Shown here piece after piece: positions 23,002-36,456 of a DNA stretch of 64,000 nucleotides; positions within the stretch are counted from its first letter, which is position 1, and each line of letters opens with the position of its first letter. Source of the DNA: an uncultured Gammaproteobacteria bacterium. GTDB taxonomy: Bacteria > Pseudomonadota > Gammaproteobacteria > JABCZS01. The stretch spans positions 1-64,000 of the forward strand of contig CAWKDC010000001.1 in assembly GCA_963848305.1 (NCBI GenBank), written 5' to 3'. The notes beneath the pieces are model-generated. The model saw only the letters and a list, made by a program, of their open reading frames with translations. It was not told where the DNA came from and did not search any database. Both the position numbers and the translations under genes were made by a program.

Positions 23002-23995
23002 ATGAAGCGCAAGACGAAGGTGATCGAATGGATCGCGCTGGTTACCGCCCTCGCGGTGGCAGTGGTTGGGGCTTATCTTATCCATCTCAGGAGGAAGTCG
23101 CCGGCGATGTCCGTCCAGGGTGCGGTGATCCGGCAGGACGCCGACCTGAGGAAACAGATACCTATTGCCGATGTGGAGATCAGCACGGCCAACGTATTCG
23201 GAGCCAGTACTTGCAAGTCTGATGCTTCGGGTTTCTTTTGGCTTGAATTGCCTGCGGGCATCGCACCGGGCCAATCCGTAACGCTGCTCTTTCGTCATCC
23301 GGGATACCATTCATTGGAACTAAATGCCGTCGCCGGCGACAAAATCTATGTGGCTCGGATGATACCCGATTCTCGCGAGGCCAGCGATGCCAAAGATCAT
23401 CCCGATATAGTGGTCGCGAATGTTGACGTAAGGTATTCCATAAAATCGACGGCCGTAGCCAATGTTGGCAGCGTTGTTAAGACCTTCCAGGCGGTAAATA
23501 AGGGTAATGTGCCGTGCAACGACAGGTCGCCATGCTCGCCGGACAGAAAGTGGAAGGCCGCCATCGGCTCCATTTCCCTCGATGCGGGTGAGGGGAACGA
23601 GTTTCGAGATGCCAGGGTCTCTTGCATTGCGGGACCCTGTCCATTTCACCAAAATCCAGTCCCTCAAGCTTTCTCACGATGGCCGAACCCTTAATGTGTC
23701 GGCCTTGGACTGGTCCGATACTGCCACTTTCCTGTTGGAGGCGGAGGTCGATCATCCGATGGTCAGAAACACCGGTCGTGAATCCTATCCGGTGACCTTT
23801 GGCGAAGCCCTGAGCTTTACTTTGCCGGTGGGGGCAGAGGGGGTTGTAATTGAAGCCGAAATGAACGGCGCGCCGATTGTATTCCCCCTGGGTCCGGATC
23901 TCATCTTGAGCTGGGCCGATTGCAATGCCAGGGTGAATAGAGACCAAACCAAGGCTTATCGGTGCACGCTTAAGCCCGGCTATCGGTTTCAATGA
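23002..23995 (+). CDS. Hypothetical membrane-anchored protein, carboxypeptidase-regulatory-like N-domain (frameshift near 23645)
   Basis: N-terminal TM; KSDASGFF..., TLLFRHPGY; continues in ORF 23507-23995. Confidence 0.55.
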
Positions 23996-24015
23996 TCGAA
24001 CTGTTCCTGGGACCC

Positions 24016-25555
24016 TCACTGGTTCAAAACCCGACCATATATCTGGACCATTTCTGTCAGGCGCTCGCCGATTTCAGTCGTTAGTTGACCTGCTGTAAAC
24101 CGCCACTGCCAGTTGCCGCTGGGCCTCGCGGGCAAGTTCATCCGCGCTTCGCTGCCCAAACCCAGGACATCCTGGAGGGGAATGATCGCCATATCGGCTA
24201 CCGAAGCCAGGATCGCCCGAATCATGACCCAGTTCATTTCCCGGCCGTCCGTCCCCAGATATTTGCGCGCGAACTTTTTTTCTGCCCGGATGTCCTCGGC
24301 AGTTCGTGTGCTGTCGCCGGCGCCACTCGAGGTCCACCAGCCGAGGGTCGTATCGTTGTCGTGCGTCCCGGTATAAACCACAAAGTTACGGCGGTAATTG
24401 TGGGGCTTGAAATCCGGTCGCTTGTGGATCGGTGCCAAACGCAAACTGCAGAATCCCCATTCCTGGGAAACCGAAACGGTCTCGAAGCGCAGTGACCTCA
24501 GGCGTGATAACTCCCAGCGTCTCGGCCACGATGGGCAAATCGCCAAGGGTTTTCTGCACGGCTTCGAACAGCTCGGCGCCGGGGCCTTTTACCCATCTGC
24601 CGTTGATCGCAGTCTTCTCGCCCGCGGGGATCTCCCAATAGGCTTCGAATCCTCGGAAATGATCGAGGCGGATGATGTCAACCAGACGCAGCGCTGATCG
24701 AAAGCGTTCAATCCACCAGGAATAACCCGTCTCCGCCATGACGTTCCAAGCGTATAACGGGTTGCCCCACAATTGTCCGGTGGCGCTGAAATAGTCGGGC
24801 GGCACGCCGGCCTGCACGGTGGGGTTGCCATCAGGGTCTAGATGGAACAGTTCGGGGTGGGACCAGACGTCGGCGCTGTCATGGGCGACGAAAATGGGAA
24901 TGTCGCCCATCATTTGAATTCCCCGATGGTGACAATAGGCCTTCAACTCCGACCACTGTCTGAAAAACTGGTACTGCGCGTATTTCTGAACCGCAATTTC
25001 GGCGCTCAAGCGTTTCTGCCAGGTGGCGAGTGCTTCTGGTTGGCGGGTGGCGATTTCACGCTCCCACTTGTTCCACACTCCCCCGCCATGGGCTTCCTTC
25101 AAAGCCATGAACAAAGCGTAAGTGTCGAGCCAGAGAGCGTTCTGCCGGCAGAAACCCTCATAATCCTCACGGCGTTCAGGTGAGGCGCGAACGCGAAAAT
25201 TCTCCGCTGCCCTCTTGAGGAGAGGGAATTTATATTGGATCACCCATCCGTAATCAACGCGGTGCTCCGGAAATGGAGGCAGGGCATTGGCCACGTCAGC
25301 GGACGCGAGATCCCCCGATTCAACCAGTCCCTCAAGGCTGACCAGCAACGGATTCCCCGCAAACGCCGAGAAACATTGGTAAGGCGAGTCCCCGTAACCC
25401 GTTGGACCCAAAGGAAGCACCTGCCAGATCCCCTGTCGGGAAACCGCTAAGAAATCGGCAAAGTGATAGGCCTCAGGACCTAGCTCGCCGAGTCCGAACA
25501 TCCCGGGCAACGAAGTGGGGTGGAGCAGAATACCGCTGCAGCGGTGGAATTTCAT
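24016..25555 (-). CDS. malQ: 4-alpha-glucanotransferase (amylomaltase, GH77; frameshift near 24420)
   Basis: SGILLHPTSLPG, GVPPDYFSATGQLWGNP, RLDHFRGF and YTGTHDNDT motifs. Confidence 0.93.
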
Positions 25556-25950
25556 GAACTGATCCTCTGGTGCCTCATTAAAACCGAAAGCATCGGCGAT
25601 TCCAAATGTAACGGGATCCAGCGCCCTCGCCCTAACCCATTTTGCTGCTAATTGATAGATGGTCTTATCAATCCTACTGTTGCCCATTTGAATGAGCGCA
25701 ACCCGTGTAGGTTTTACACACGAAAAGCTACCTTCAGAAAAGTATTCATGCGGATATTCCCTTCGCCACGTTCTTATGCTTGCCCTGGATTGGGTTGATA
25801 AATAAGCAGGTAGGCTCATCCCGTTGGCTTGTGTCATCTTTGGTAGGGCCTTTGCTCCTATTGGAGAAGTCCTACCGAAGTGGCAACGGGCATCAGGTCG
25901 ATTTGGAAAATAAATCTTCGAAAGGAGCTCTGCAAACATCCAAACACTAT

Positions 25951-27839
25951 ATGAATCTGGCCTTGGGCGCTACGCATCTTGAAGGAAACAACTGCCGATT
26001 TGTTCTTTGGGCCCCTCTGGCAGAACTTGTTCAAGTGCGTATTCTCGACGAACGAGACTCCGTCTCTCTGACTGGAGCCGTCTCACGGGGAAGCCACAAG
26101 GGCGGCCGATTAATTCCGCTGCAGAGAACGGACAGAGGTTATCACGAAGGGATCGTCGAGGGAATCCGGCCCGGAACACGGTACATTTATTGCCTTGACG
26201 GCAATAAGGATCGGCCCGACCCCGCCTCGAGGTTTCAACCAGAAGGCGTCCACGGAGCTTCCCAAGTTGTTGACCCGCGAGCATTTCAATGGAACGATGC
26301 ACGCTGGCGCGGGCTCTCACTCGAAGACTACATCATCTATGAAATCCATGTGGGGACCTACAGTAGCGAGGGAACGTTCGACGCCATTATTCCCTATCTT
26401 GATGAAATAAAAGGATTGGGAGTTACGGCGCTTGAGTTGATGCCTGTGGCCCAGTTCCCAGGCGATCGCAATTGGGGTTACGACGGAGTTTATCCCTTTG
26501 CCGTCCAGAATAGTTATGGTGGCCCTGAGGGGTTGCGGAGGCTGGTTGAAGCCTGCCACGAGCACGAACTGGCTGTCGTGCTCGATGTGGTCTACAACCA
26601 CTTGGGCCCGGAAGGGAATTACCTCGGCGACTTTGGACCCTATTTCACAGACCGATACCGGTCCCTTTGGGGTCAAGCCCTAAACTTCGACGGCCCGGAA
26701 AGTGACGAAGTCGTCCGATTTTTCATTGAGAATGCTCTCTACTGGCTACGGGATTTTCACATCGATGCTCTTCGCTTAGACGCCATTCATGGGATTGTGG
26801 ATTGCAATGCTCAACCGTTCCTCTCGTTTACTGGCCCAGGCAGTGCACGATTTCGCCAAACAATCAGGCCGCAAGATTTATCTGATCGCGGAAAGCGACC
26901 TCAATGACGTGCGCTACATCCAGCCCACTCAATCGGGCGGATACGGGTTAGATGCCCAATGGAGTGATGACTTTCACCATGCTGTACATACCCTGCTCAC
27001 CGGGGAAAAGTCCGGCTACTACCTGGATTTTGGTGGGATCGAGGACCTGGGAAAGGCCTTCGAAGAAGGCTTCGTATATTCCGGCCAGTTCTCCGCTTAT
27101 CGGCACCGGCGCCATGGCAATTCCTCTCGTCACATTCCGGCGCGACAGTTCGTGGTTTTCGCCCAGAATCACGATCAGGTTGGCAATCGGGTATTTGGCG
27201 ACCGGCTAAGCACCTGGTGTCCTTCGAGGCGTCGAAACTGGCGGCGGGGATGGTGATTCTCTCCCCCTACATTCCCCTGCTGTTCATGGGGGAGGAATGG
27301 GGTGAGACGGCCCCCTTTCAGTATTTCACCAGCCACTCGGACAGCGCCCTGATCGAAGCCGTGCGGCGCGGCCGGCGAGACGAATTTGCCGACTTTCGCT
27401 GGGAGGGCGAACCTCCTGACCCTCAAGCCGAGGCAGACCTTCTTGCGATGCAAACTGGATCACACCCTAAAGCAATCTCAACCCCATCGAACGCTCCAGG
27501 AGTTCTATCAGGAACTGATCAAGCTGCGGAAATCGCTGCGGGCTTTTGCCCGGCTCAGCAAGGAGCAGATGGAAGTGCGCGTCTTCGAGAGGGAGAAAGC
27601 CTTACAGATCCGCCGTTGGTGCGAAGACGATGAAGCGCTCATTTTGGCGAATTTCAGTGCCGAGCCCAGGACCATCCTCATGGCTGGTCTCAGCGGCAAT
27701 TGGCACAAGCAGTTGGATTCGGCAGATCGCCGATGGAGGGGGCCAGGGAGCGTCGTTCCTTCGAGCTTCAATTCCACCGGCAGAAGCCTGTTTAAATCTG
27801 TGCCCAAAGTCTTTTATGGTATTTCAAAGGGCGGGGTGA
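25951..27839 (+). CDS. treZ: Malto-oligosyltrehalose trehalohydrolase (frameshifted)
   Basis: [39 protein letters not shown] and LLFMGEEWG motifs. Confidence 0.92.
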
Positions 27840-27849
27840 CCTCAAAATT

Positions 27850-30355
27850 ATGGGATACATTTGCATTCACGGACATTTTTACCAGCCGCCGCGCGAGAAT
27901 CCCTGGCTCGAAGCCGTTGAGCTTCAGGACTCAGCGCGTCCCTATCACGATTGGAATGAACGGGTCGATGCTGAATGTTACACGCCCAACGCCAGCGCTC
28001 GGATTCTGGACGAGGAAAAGCGCATTGTCAGCATTGTGAACAACTACGCCAAGATCAGCTTCAATTTCGGCCCTACTTTGCTTCCTGGATGGAGTCAAAC
28101 GATCCGGCCGTCTATCGCGCCGTTCTGCGACGCCGATGCCCAGAGCGCCAAGAACTTTTCCGGGCACGGTTCCGCCCTTGCCCAGGCGTACAACCACATG
28201 ATCATGCCCCTGGCGAACGAGCGCGACAAATACACGCAAGTATTCTGGGGGATTCGCGACTTTGAACACCGATTTGGACGGCGGCCGGAAGGGATGTGGC
28301 TCCCGGAGACCGCCGTGGACGTCGCCACTCTGGAGGTCCTGGCCGAGCAGGGCATCAAGTTCACCATTCTTGCCCCTAACCAGGCCCGCCGCGGAAGGAA
28401 GATCGGCGGTCGCAATTGGAAGGATCTCAGCAACAGTTCCGTTGACCCGACCATGGTTTACCGTCACCGCCTGCCCTCGGGGAAGAACATTAACCTTTTC
28501 TTCTACGATGGTCCGATCTCCCGCGCCATAGCGTTTGAGGGCGTGCTGGACAACGGCCAGCAGTTTGCGCGAGCGGCTTCTGGGAGCCTTTTCCGAAGAC
28601 ACGCGGCCCTGGCCGGAACTCGTGCATATCGCCACGGATGGGGAGACCTACGGCCACCATCACAAATACGGTGAAATGGCCTTGGCCTATGCCTTGGATT
28701 ACATCGAGTCCAACGGCCTGGCCGAGCTCATCAATTACGGCCTGTATCAGGAACGGCATCCTCCGACCCACGAAGTCGAGATATTTGACAACAGCTCCTG
28801 GAGTTGCGTTCACGGAGTCGAACGCTGGCGCAGCAACTGCGGCTGCAACTCCGGCGGACATGCGGGCTGGAACCAGGAGTGGCGCGCCCCGCTGCGCGCG
28901 GCTCTGGATTGGCTGCGCGACACGCTGGCCCCTCTTTACGAAGAGAAAGCCAAGCAGTTGCTGAAGGATCCGTGGTCGGCGCGCAATGATTACATTGATG
29001 TCGTCCTTGACCGCTCCGCGGAGACCCGGGAGGCGTTTCTCGCCAAGCACGCCCTTCGGCAGCTTGATGACGGCCGAGAAAACGACCGTGTGGAAGCTGC
29101 TGGAGCTTCAGCGGCACGCCATGTTGATGTACACCAGTTGCGGTTGGTTCTTCGATGAATTGTCGGGAATCGAAACCGTCCAGGTGATTCAATACGCCGG
29201 CCGCGCCGCCCAACTGGCGGAGGAGCTTTTCGGCAATCCCCCGCAAAGCCTCTTCATCGAAAAGCTGAGCCAGGCCAAGAGCAATATTCCCGAGCATGGA
29301 GATGGCGGCCGCATCTACAAGAAGTTCGTCCAGCCCGCCTTTGTTGACTTGCGCAAGGTCGCTGCTCACTACGCCATCAGGTCTCTTTTTGAAGCGTACC
29401 AGCCGGACACCCAAATTTACTGTTACAAAGTGGAGCGCCAAGCCGACGCTTAACCTCGAAAAGGAGAACAGCCACGCGCAGAAGCTCGCGGGCGGGCTTG
29501 GCGAGGTTTACCTCGGAGGTCACCCAGGAGTCGGCCGTCCTGGGCTTCGCCGCAATTGAATGTGGCGATTACAACCCCACGGGCGGTGTCCTGAAGGCCA
29601 CGAACCCCGAGGCTTATGAGGCCGTAAGCGCTGCACTGAAGGAGCCCTTTCTGCGGGGAGACCTGAAGGAGGCATGCCGGCTCCTGGAACAAAATCTCGA
29701 TGGCGAGCCTTATGCGCTCGCGGTGATCTTTCGTGACGAGCAAGAAAGAATCCTCAAACGGATCATCGAGACAGAGTGGGCGGACGCCGATGCGGCTTTT
29801 GACAGCCTTTACCCCCACCTGCTGTCCACGATGCGAACGCTCGCGAGGGTGGGAGGATCCTTGATGATTCCCCGAGCTTTCTCTGCCGCTGCCGAATTTG
29901 TTTTGAATACCCGGCTCCGGCGCGCGTTGGGGAGCGACCAGTTGGATTTTGAGGGCATCCGGAGTCTCATCGGCGATGCCGAGGGTGCCAATGTGGCGCT
30001 CGACGTGCCGACCCTGGAATACACGCTCCGGACAAAGCTCGAACGGATGGCGGAGAGCTTACGAGCCGACCCTACCAATGTTGAGCTTCTCCAGGGCTTG
30101 ATTCCGCCGTGGGCATGGCTCGTTCGCTGCCGCTGGAGGTGAACCTCGCGAAGATTCAGAACATTTGTTACGAGTTGCTGCAAACCACCTACAATGACTT
30201 TCAGGTAAAAGGGCGAAGAAGGAGGCAAAAACGCCAGCGCATGGATCGAGCATTTTCGTGCTCTGGCTGAAAAACTCTCCCTGCGTGTCGCGGAGGAGCC
30301 CCGTTCTTTAGAGCCTGACCTGACCGGGGCTAAAGGACAGCAGGTGCAGGGCTGA
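27850..30355 (+). CDS. GH57/DUF3536 family glycoside hydrolase (frameshifted)
   Basis: IHGHFYQPPRENPW, GMWLPETAVD, ATDGETYGHH, WSCVHGVERW and MYTSCGWFFDE motifs. Confidence 0.88.
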
Positions 30356-30382
30356 AGCCCGGCGCGGTCTTGGTAGGAGGCG

Positions 30383-33259
30383 ATGGCCACACTGCGGATT
30401 CCTCTGGCGACGTACCGGCTCCAGTTCAACGCGCAGTTTCGCTTCGAGCACGCGCGGGCGCTGGTGGATTACCTTGCACCAGCTTGGGGTGACGGATATC
30501 TACTCTTCGCCTCTGCTGCAAGCGCGGCGCGGAAGTCTGCACGGCTACGACGTCACCGATCCCTCCCACATCAATAGTGAAATTGGGAGCGAGCAGGACC
30601 TCGAGGCCCTGTCGGCGAAGCTCCAGGAACATCAAATGGGCCTCCTCCTGGACATCGTCCCGAACCACATGGCCGCCGGAAGCGAGAATCCCTGGTGGAT
30701 GGATGTCCTGGAAGACGGCCCCGGCTCTGCCTACGCTTCGTTTTTTGATATCGACTGGCACCCTCCCCGCATGATGCTCCAGAACAAAGTTCTTCTGCCG
30801 ATCCTCCGCCACCCTTACGCCCAAGCGCTTGAGAACCAGGAACTCAAACTGGTTTTCGACCAGGGTGGCTTTTTCATCCAGTGTTTCGATGCCAAGCTGC
30901 CCGTCGCGCCCAAAACCTACCTTCTGGTCTTGCAGCATCGGCTGGGCGAGTTGCAGCACAAGCTGGGCCTCCGACCACCCGGCGTTTCGGGAATTGGGAG
31001 GCATCTTCGCCGCCGCGACAAACCTTCCCGAGCGCGTTGCTCTTTCCACCGAAATGGCGGGGGAAAGACGCATGCAAAGGGAGGCCCTGAAGGAAAGGCT
31101 CTGGAAGCTGTATCAAGACTCGTCCGAAGTGCGGACCTTCGTCGATGAGAACGTGCGCATCTTCAATGGCCGGAAGAGGGACCCGGCCAGCTTTATGTTG
31201 CTTGACCGTTTGCTGGCCGAGCAGGCTTATGTGCTCTCATACTGGCTCTCCGCCAATGACGAAATCAACTACCGGCGATTTTTTACCATCAATAATTTAG
31301 TGGGAGTCCGCGTGGAAGATCCCCTGGTGTTTGAAGCCACGCACGCCGTGATCCTGCGCCTTATCGAAAGAGGATTGGTGACGGGATTGAGGATCGACCA
31401 CGTGGACGGCCTCCGAGACCCTCACGGTTATCTGCGCAGACTCCAGGAGCGCGTCGGAGGCAGTGCCGGAGACGATTCTCATCCGCCGTTTTATGTCCTC
31501 GTGGAAAAGATTCTCGCCTATGGCGAAAAGCTACCTCGCGAATGGCCGATCTGCGGGGCGACCGGCTATGCCTCCCTCAATGCTCTCAATGGGCTTTTCG
31601 TCGACCTCCGACGGGTGCAAGAAACTCCACCAGATCTACGAATCGTTTATCGGCGCCACGATCCGGTATGAGGATCTGGTGTATGAAAAAAAGAAGGAGG
31701 TGATGGAAAGCCTCCTCGCCGTGGAGATGCGTTCACTGGGCCATTACCTGGCAATCCTGGCGGAACAGGACCGGTATGCGCGCGACTCTGCCCGCGGTGA
31801 CCTTGCCAACGCTCTCACCGAGACCACCGCTTGCTTTCCCGTTTACCGGAGCTATATTCGGAGCTTCTCGGTGAGCGCGGAGGAACGCCGATACATTGAG
31901 AAGGCACTCGAGTGCGCTCGACGGCGGAATCCCGCGTCTAGCTTCGCAATGCTTTGATTTTGTCGCGACGTCCTTTTGTTGCGGGAAAGAGGCCATGTAC
32001 AGCCCGAGCAGCGGGAAGCCAGACTGGCTTTTATTATGCGCTGGCAGCAGTTCACCGGTCCGATCATGGCCAAAGGGCTGGAGGATTCTGCCCTTTACGT
32101 TTACTACCCCCTGAGTTCGCTGAACGAGGTCGGCGGAGCTCCCGATTCCTCGGGAGTGCCGGCCGCCGAATTTCATGTATTCTGCCGCAACCGGCAGAAG
32201 CACGGCCACACTCTGAATGCCACCTCCACCCACGACACCAAGCGCGCCGAAGATGTGCGCGCACGAATTAACGTGCTTTCCGAAGTTCCCGAAGAGTGGG
32301 ATACGGCCCTCCAAAGCTGGACACGACGCAACATGGCCGAAGAAGATCCCGGTCGAACGGGCAAAAGGTCCCCGATCCTAACGAGGAAGTACCTCGTTTA
32401 CCAGACCATGCTGGGGGCTTGGCCGCTGGACAAAGGGCGACATTTCCGCCTTCCGAAAACGGCTCCAGGATTACATGGTGAAAGCGGTGCGGGAGGCGAA
32501 TGGTCCACACAGATTGGAGCCGCCCCAACGTCCGCCACGAGCAGGCGCTGATCCACTTCATTAAATCCATCACTCAGCCGTCGGAAGACAACAAGTTTTT
32601 GCCCGACTTCCTTCGCCTGCAGCGGCAAGTTGCCTACTGCGGGGCGCTCAATTCCCTGGCCCAGCTTTTGCTCAAAATCACCGATTCCAGGGGTTCCGGA
32701 TTTTTACCAAGGCTCTGAGCTTTGGGACTTCCGCCTGGTTGATCCTGATAACCGGGGTCCGGTGGACTTCGAAAAGCGGGTGCGCCTGCTGGCCGAGCTC
32801 CAGCGAGCAGGAGGAACAACGCGGCCGTTTGGACCTCATCAGGGACCTCCTTGACCACTGGCAGGACGGGCGCATCAAACTCTTTGTGACCTCGACAGCC
32901 CTCAACTTTCGCCGGGATCACGCCCAAGCTGTTCCTGAAGGGCGATTACCAGCCATTGCACGGCGACGGGGCCCAAAAAAGAGAAGGTCTTTGCGTTTAT
33001 GAGGCGTACCGAGGACGCCTGGGCGGTCACCGCCGTGCCAAGATTCGTCACGAAGCTGGCTTCCCGCCGGGCAGCCTCCCACGGGAGAAGGCGTATGGTC
33101 AGCCGGTACGGTGCTTCTACCTAAGGGGGCGCCGACGGATTGGGTCAATGTGCTGACCAGGCGAAAGCCTGAAGGTTCGCACTTCAAAGCAGGGAGCGCC
33201 CCTTGCCGCTGGCGGAGGTATTTGGTAAGTTTCCTGTGGCACTGCTTACAAGCGGGTAG
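30383..33259 (+). CDS. treY: Malto-oligosyltrehalose synthase (frameshifted)
   Basis: [48 protein letters not shown] and LVDPDNR motifs. Confidence 0.93.
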
Positions 33260-33290
33260 TGCAGCGCGGCATTAGGCCGCAACGCTGAGT

Positions 33291-33345
33291 CGTGGCATGG
33301 CCATCCCGGCCATGGCGTTAACACGGGAAAGATGCCCGTGCCACG
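33291..33345. repeat. GTGG-type REP doublet between treY and treS
   Basis: cgtggcatggccatcccggccatg ... cacgggaaagatgcccgtgccacg: two hairpins in inverted orientation. Confidence 0.65.
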
Positions 33346-33383
33346 TCTGGTGCTCTTGCACCGCTGCGCTGCGTGGCCCAACT

Positions 33384-35050
33384 ATGACCAACCCCGAACC
33401 GAGCACCTACAAGCCTCCGGACGATCCGCTTTGGTACAAGGATGCGGTCTTCTATGAGGTCCATGTGCGCGCCTTTTGCGACAGCGATGGCGACGGGACG
33501 GGAGACTTCCGCGGGTTCGCGCAAAAGCTGGATTATCTGGAGGACTTAGGCGTCAACACCATTTGGCTTCTTCCCTTTTACCCCTCGCCGCTCAAGGACG
33601 ACGGGTACGATATCTCCGACTATACGAACGTTCACCCTTCCTATGGCACCCTGGACGACTTCCAATTGGTTTTGGACCAGGCGCATCGGCGGGGAATGAG
33701 AGTCCTCACTGAACTGGTCATGAATCACACCTCGGACCAGCATCCGTGGTTTCAGGAGGCAAGGCAATCCAAGAACAACCCGCGCCGCGATTGGTACGTG
33801 TGGAGCGACACTCCCGATCCCTACAGGAAGGCCCGTATCATCTTTATCGACACCGAACTCTCCAACTGGGCCTGGGACCCGGTTTCCAAGTCGTATTACT
33901 GGCACCGCTTCTTCAGCCACCAGCCGGATCTTGAATTATGACAATCCCGCCGTCCGGGAAGAGATGTGGAACCTCATGAAGTTCTGGCTGGATAAGGGCG
34001 TCGACGGATTCCGTTTGGACGCCGTTCCCTATCTGGTCGAGCGGGAAAACACCAACTGCGAAAACCTGCCCGAGACCCACCAGGTTCTTAAGGACCTTCG
34101 AAGCCGGCTGGCCCAGAATTACCCCAACCGGTTTCTGCTGGCCGAAGCCAACCAGTGGCCACAGGACGCGATTGCCTATTTCGGCACCGGCGACGAGTGC
34201 CACATGGCCTTTCACTTTCCCCTCATGCCGCGGATGTTCATGGCCATCCGGCTCGAAGACCGCAAGCCGATCATTGATATCATGCAGAGCACCCCGGCCA
34301 TTCCCGAGTCATGCCAGTGGGGCTTGTTTCTACGCAACCACGATGAGCTGACGCTGGAAATGGTGACCGACGACGAGCGGGATTATTTGTATGACGAATA
34401 CGCCAAGGACAAGAGCGCCCGGCTCAACCTCGGAATCCGGCGGCGCCTGGCGCCTTTGCTCGAAAACGACCGCCGACGCATCGAACTGATGAACGGCATG
34501 TTGATGTCGCTGCCGGGAACACCCATCATCTATTACGGAGATGAAATCGGGATGGGAGACAACATTTACCTGGGGGACCGCAACGGTGTCCGCACGCCCA
34601 TGCAATGGAATGCCGGCTGGAATGCCGGGTTTTCCGCTGCCGACCCGGAACAGCTCTATTTCCCGCTGCTGTCAAATCCGCTGTACGGCTATCAAAGCGA
34701 TCAACGTGGACGCCCAGAAAAGGTCCCCCCACTCTCTGCTGTCCTGGATGAAACAGATCATTCGCGTGCGGAAATCCACCCAGGCGTTCGGGCGGGGGAC
34801 GCTGGAATTTCTCGACTCGCCGAATCACCGGGTTCTGGCTTACGTCCGGGAAATGGGAAAGGATAAAATATTGGTCGTCAATAATCTATCGAATTCCGCG
34901 CAGGCGGCAGAACTCGATCTTCGCCGGTTCAAGGGGGCAATCCCCATCGAGATGTTCGGCGGCAATCCCTTTCCTCGGGTGGGCGATCCTCCCTATCTTT
35001 TGACCTTAGGGCCGTATCAATTTTTTTGGTTCCGGCTGCGAAGGTTTTAG
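33384..35050 (+). CDS. treS: Trehalose synthase (maltose alpha-D-glucosyltransferase), no maltokinase fusion (frameshifted)
   Basis: [45 protein letters not shown] and [11 protein letters not shown] motifs. Confidence 0.93.
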
Positions 35051-35053
35051 GAA

Positions 35054-35166
35054 TTTTCGATTGTCGATTGCCGATTGTCGACTGATGATTGCCATCAAGT
35101 CCGCGAAGCGGGCTGATCGCCATCGGCATTCGATAAATCGGCAATCGAAAATCGGCAATCGACAAT
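35054..35166. repeat. Inverted arrays of 7-nt tandem repeats (CGATTGY / RCAATCG)
   Basis: tttcgattgtcgattgccgattgtcga ... aatcggcaatcgaaaatcggcaatcgacaat. Confidence 0.75.
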
Positions 35167-35169
35167 GAT

Positions 35170-36453
35170 ATGGCTGTGACTGACGAATCCCTTCTTACCG
35201 ACGATTTCCTGCGACAGATCACCGCCGCAGGGGAAGTGGACATCCTTGTCGGCGTCCCCACCTTGAATAATCACGACACCATCGCGCGTGTCATCAGCGC
35301 CATTCGCGTGGGTTTCGTCAAGTACTTCCCGAGGGAAAGGGCCGCTCTGGTCAATGTGGATGGAGGGTCCAAGGATGGAACACAGGAGATTGTAAGGAGC
35401 ACAGCCGCCCCCGATTTCCGGGCCTTTCTGGCCTCCAGTCCGCTCCGCACCATGCACACGCTGACCACGTCGTACGGCGCGATGCAGGGAAAAGGGGGCG
35501 CCCTGCATGTGATCCTGGCAACCGCCGAGTTGTTGCGCGCCAAGGTATGCGCCATCGTTTCTCCGGACCTGGAAAGCCTGACGCCGGAGTGGATCGAAGC
35601 CTTGACGCGGCCGATTTACCGGGAGGGATTCGACTTTCTTGCCCCGATTTACCAGCGCCACAGGTTCGATGGGTTGTTGATCAGTCACATCCTTTCTCCC
35701 CTCGTGGCCGCGGCCTACGGCTGCGAAATCGAGGAGCCCCTGGGCGGGGAATTGGCGTTCTCGGGCCGGCTGGCTTCCCATTATTTGAGCCAGGATGCGT
35801 GGCAGTTGGACCTGATGCGCTCCGCGCCCGAAATCTGGATGGTCACCACGGCTCTGGTGGGAGAGTACCGGCTGTGCCAGGCCTTTCTGGGCCCCAAGGT
35901 GCATGCGGCAAATCCGGCGAGTCCGGACCTTGCCGTTACCATCCAACAAGTTGTAGGAGCGCTCTTCAGTTGCCTCGAAGCCCACCAGTCCTACTGGATG
36001 ACTCACGAAGGAATCCGGAGCGTTCCCGCCTTTGGATTCCAGTATGACCTGGACCTTCCACCCATCCGCGTCAACCGCAAGCGGATGCTCAACACGTTTC
36101 TGAACGGAGTAGCGGAACTCGCCTCAATCCTTGAAGCGGCCCTTTCTCCTCAGACCTTGCAGCAGATTCAAGCGATCGCGAAACTCGACGGCGAAGGTTT
36201 CTCGTTTCCCGACGATCTCTGGGTCAAGACCGTCTATGAATTCGCCGGCGCCTTTCACCGCTCGGTGATCAATCGCGATCATTTGCTGCAAGCCTTGACA
36301 CCGCTGTACCTCGGCCGAATCAACTCCTTTCTTTCAGAAAATCACAGGTCGAGCGCCACGGTAGCCGGGCAAAGGATCAAGAAGCTTCGTAGCCAGTTCG
36401 ATAGCTTTGAAGCCCTATTTGGGGGAACACTGGAACGCCCAGAAGTGAGGTGA
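35170..36453 (+). CDS. GT2-like glycosyltransferase (glucosyl/mannosylglycerate synthase-like)
   Basis: DILVGVPTLNN, NVDGGSKDGT, GKGGAL, PIYQRHRFDG, EPLGGE and LTPLYLGR motifs. Confidence 0.72.
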   Translation: MAVTDESLLTDDFLRQITAAGEVDILVGVPTLNNHDTIARVISAIRVGFVKYFPRERAALVNVDGGSKDGTQEIVRSTAAPDFRAFLASSPLRTMHTLTTSYGAMQGKGGALHVILATAELLRAKVCAIVSPDLESLTPEWIEALTRPIYREGFDFLAPIYQRHRFDGLLISHILSPLVAAAYGCEIEEPLGGELAFSGRLASHYLSQDAWQLDLMRSAPEIWMVTTALVGEYRLCQAFLGPKVHAANPASPDLAVTIQQVVGALFSCLEAHQSYWMTHEGIRSVPAFGFQYDLDLPPIRVNRKRMLNTFLNGVAELASILEAALSPQTLQQIQAIAKLDGEGFSFPDDLWVKTVYEFAGAFHRSVINRDHLLQALTPLYLGRINSFLSENHRSSATVAGQRIKKLRSQFDSFEALFGGTLERPEVR

Positions 36454-36456
36454 TCT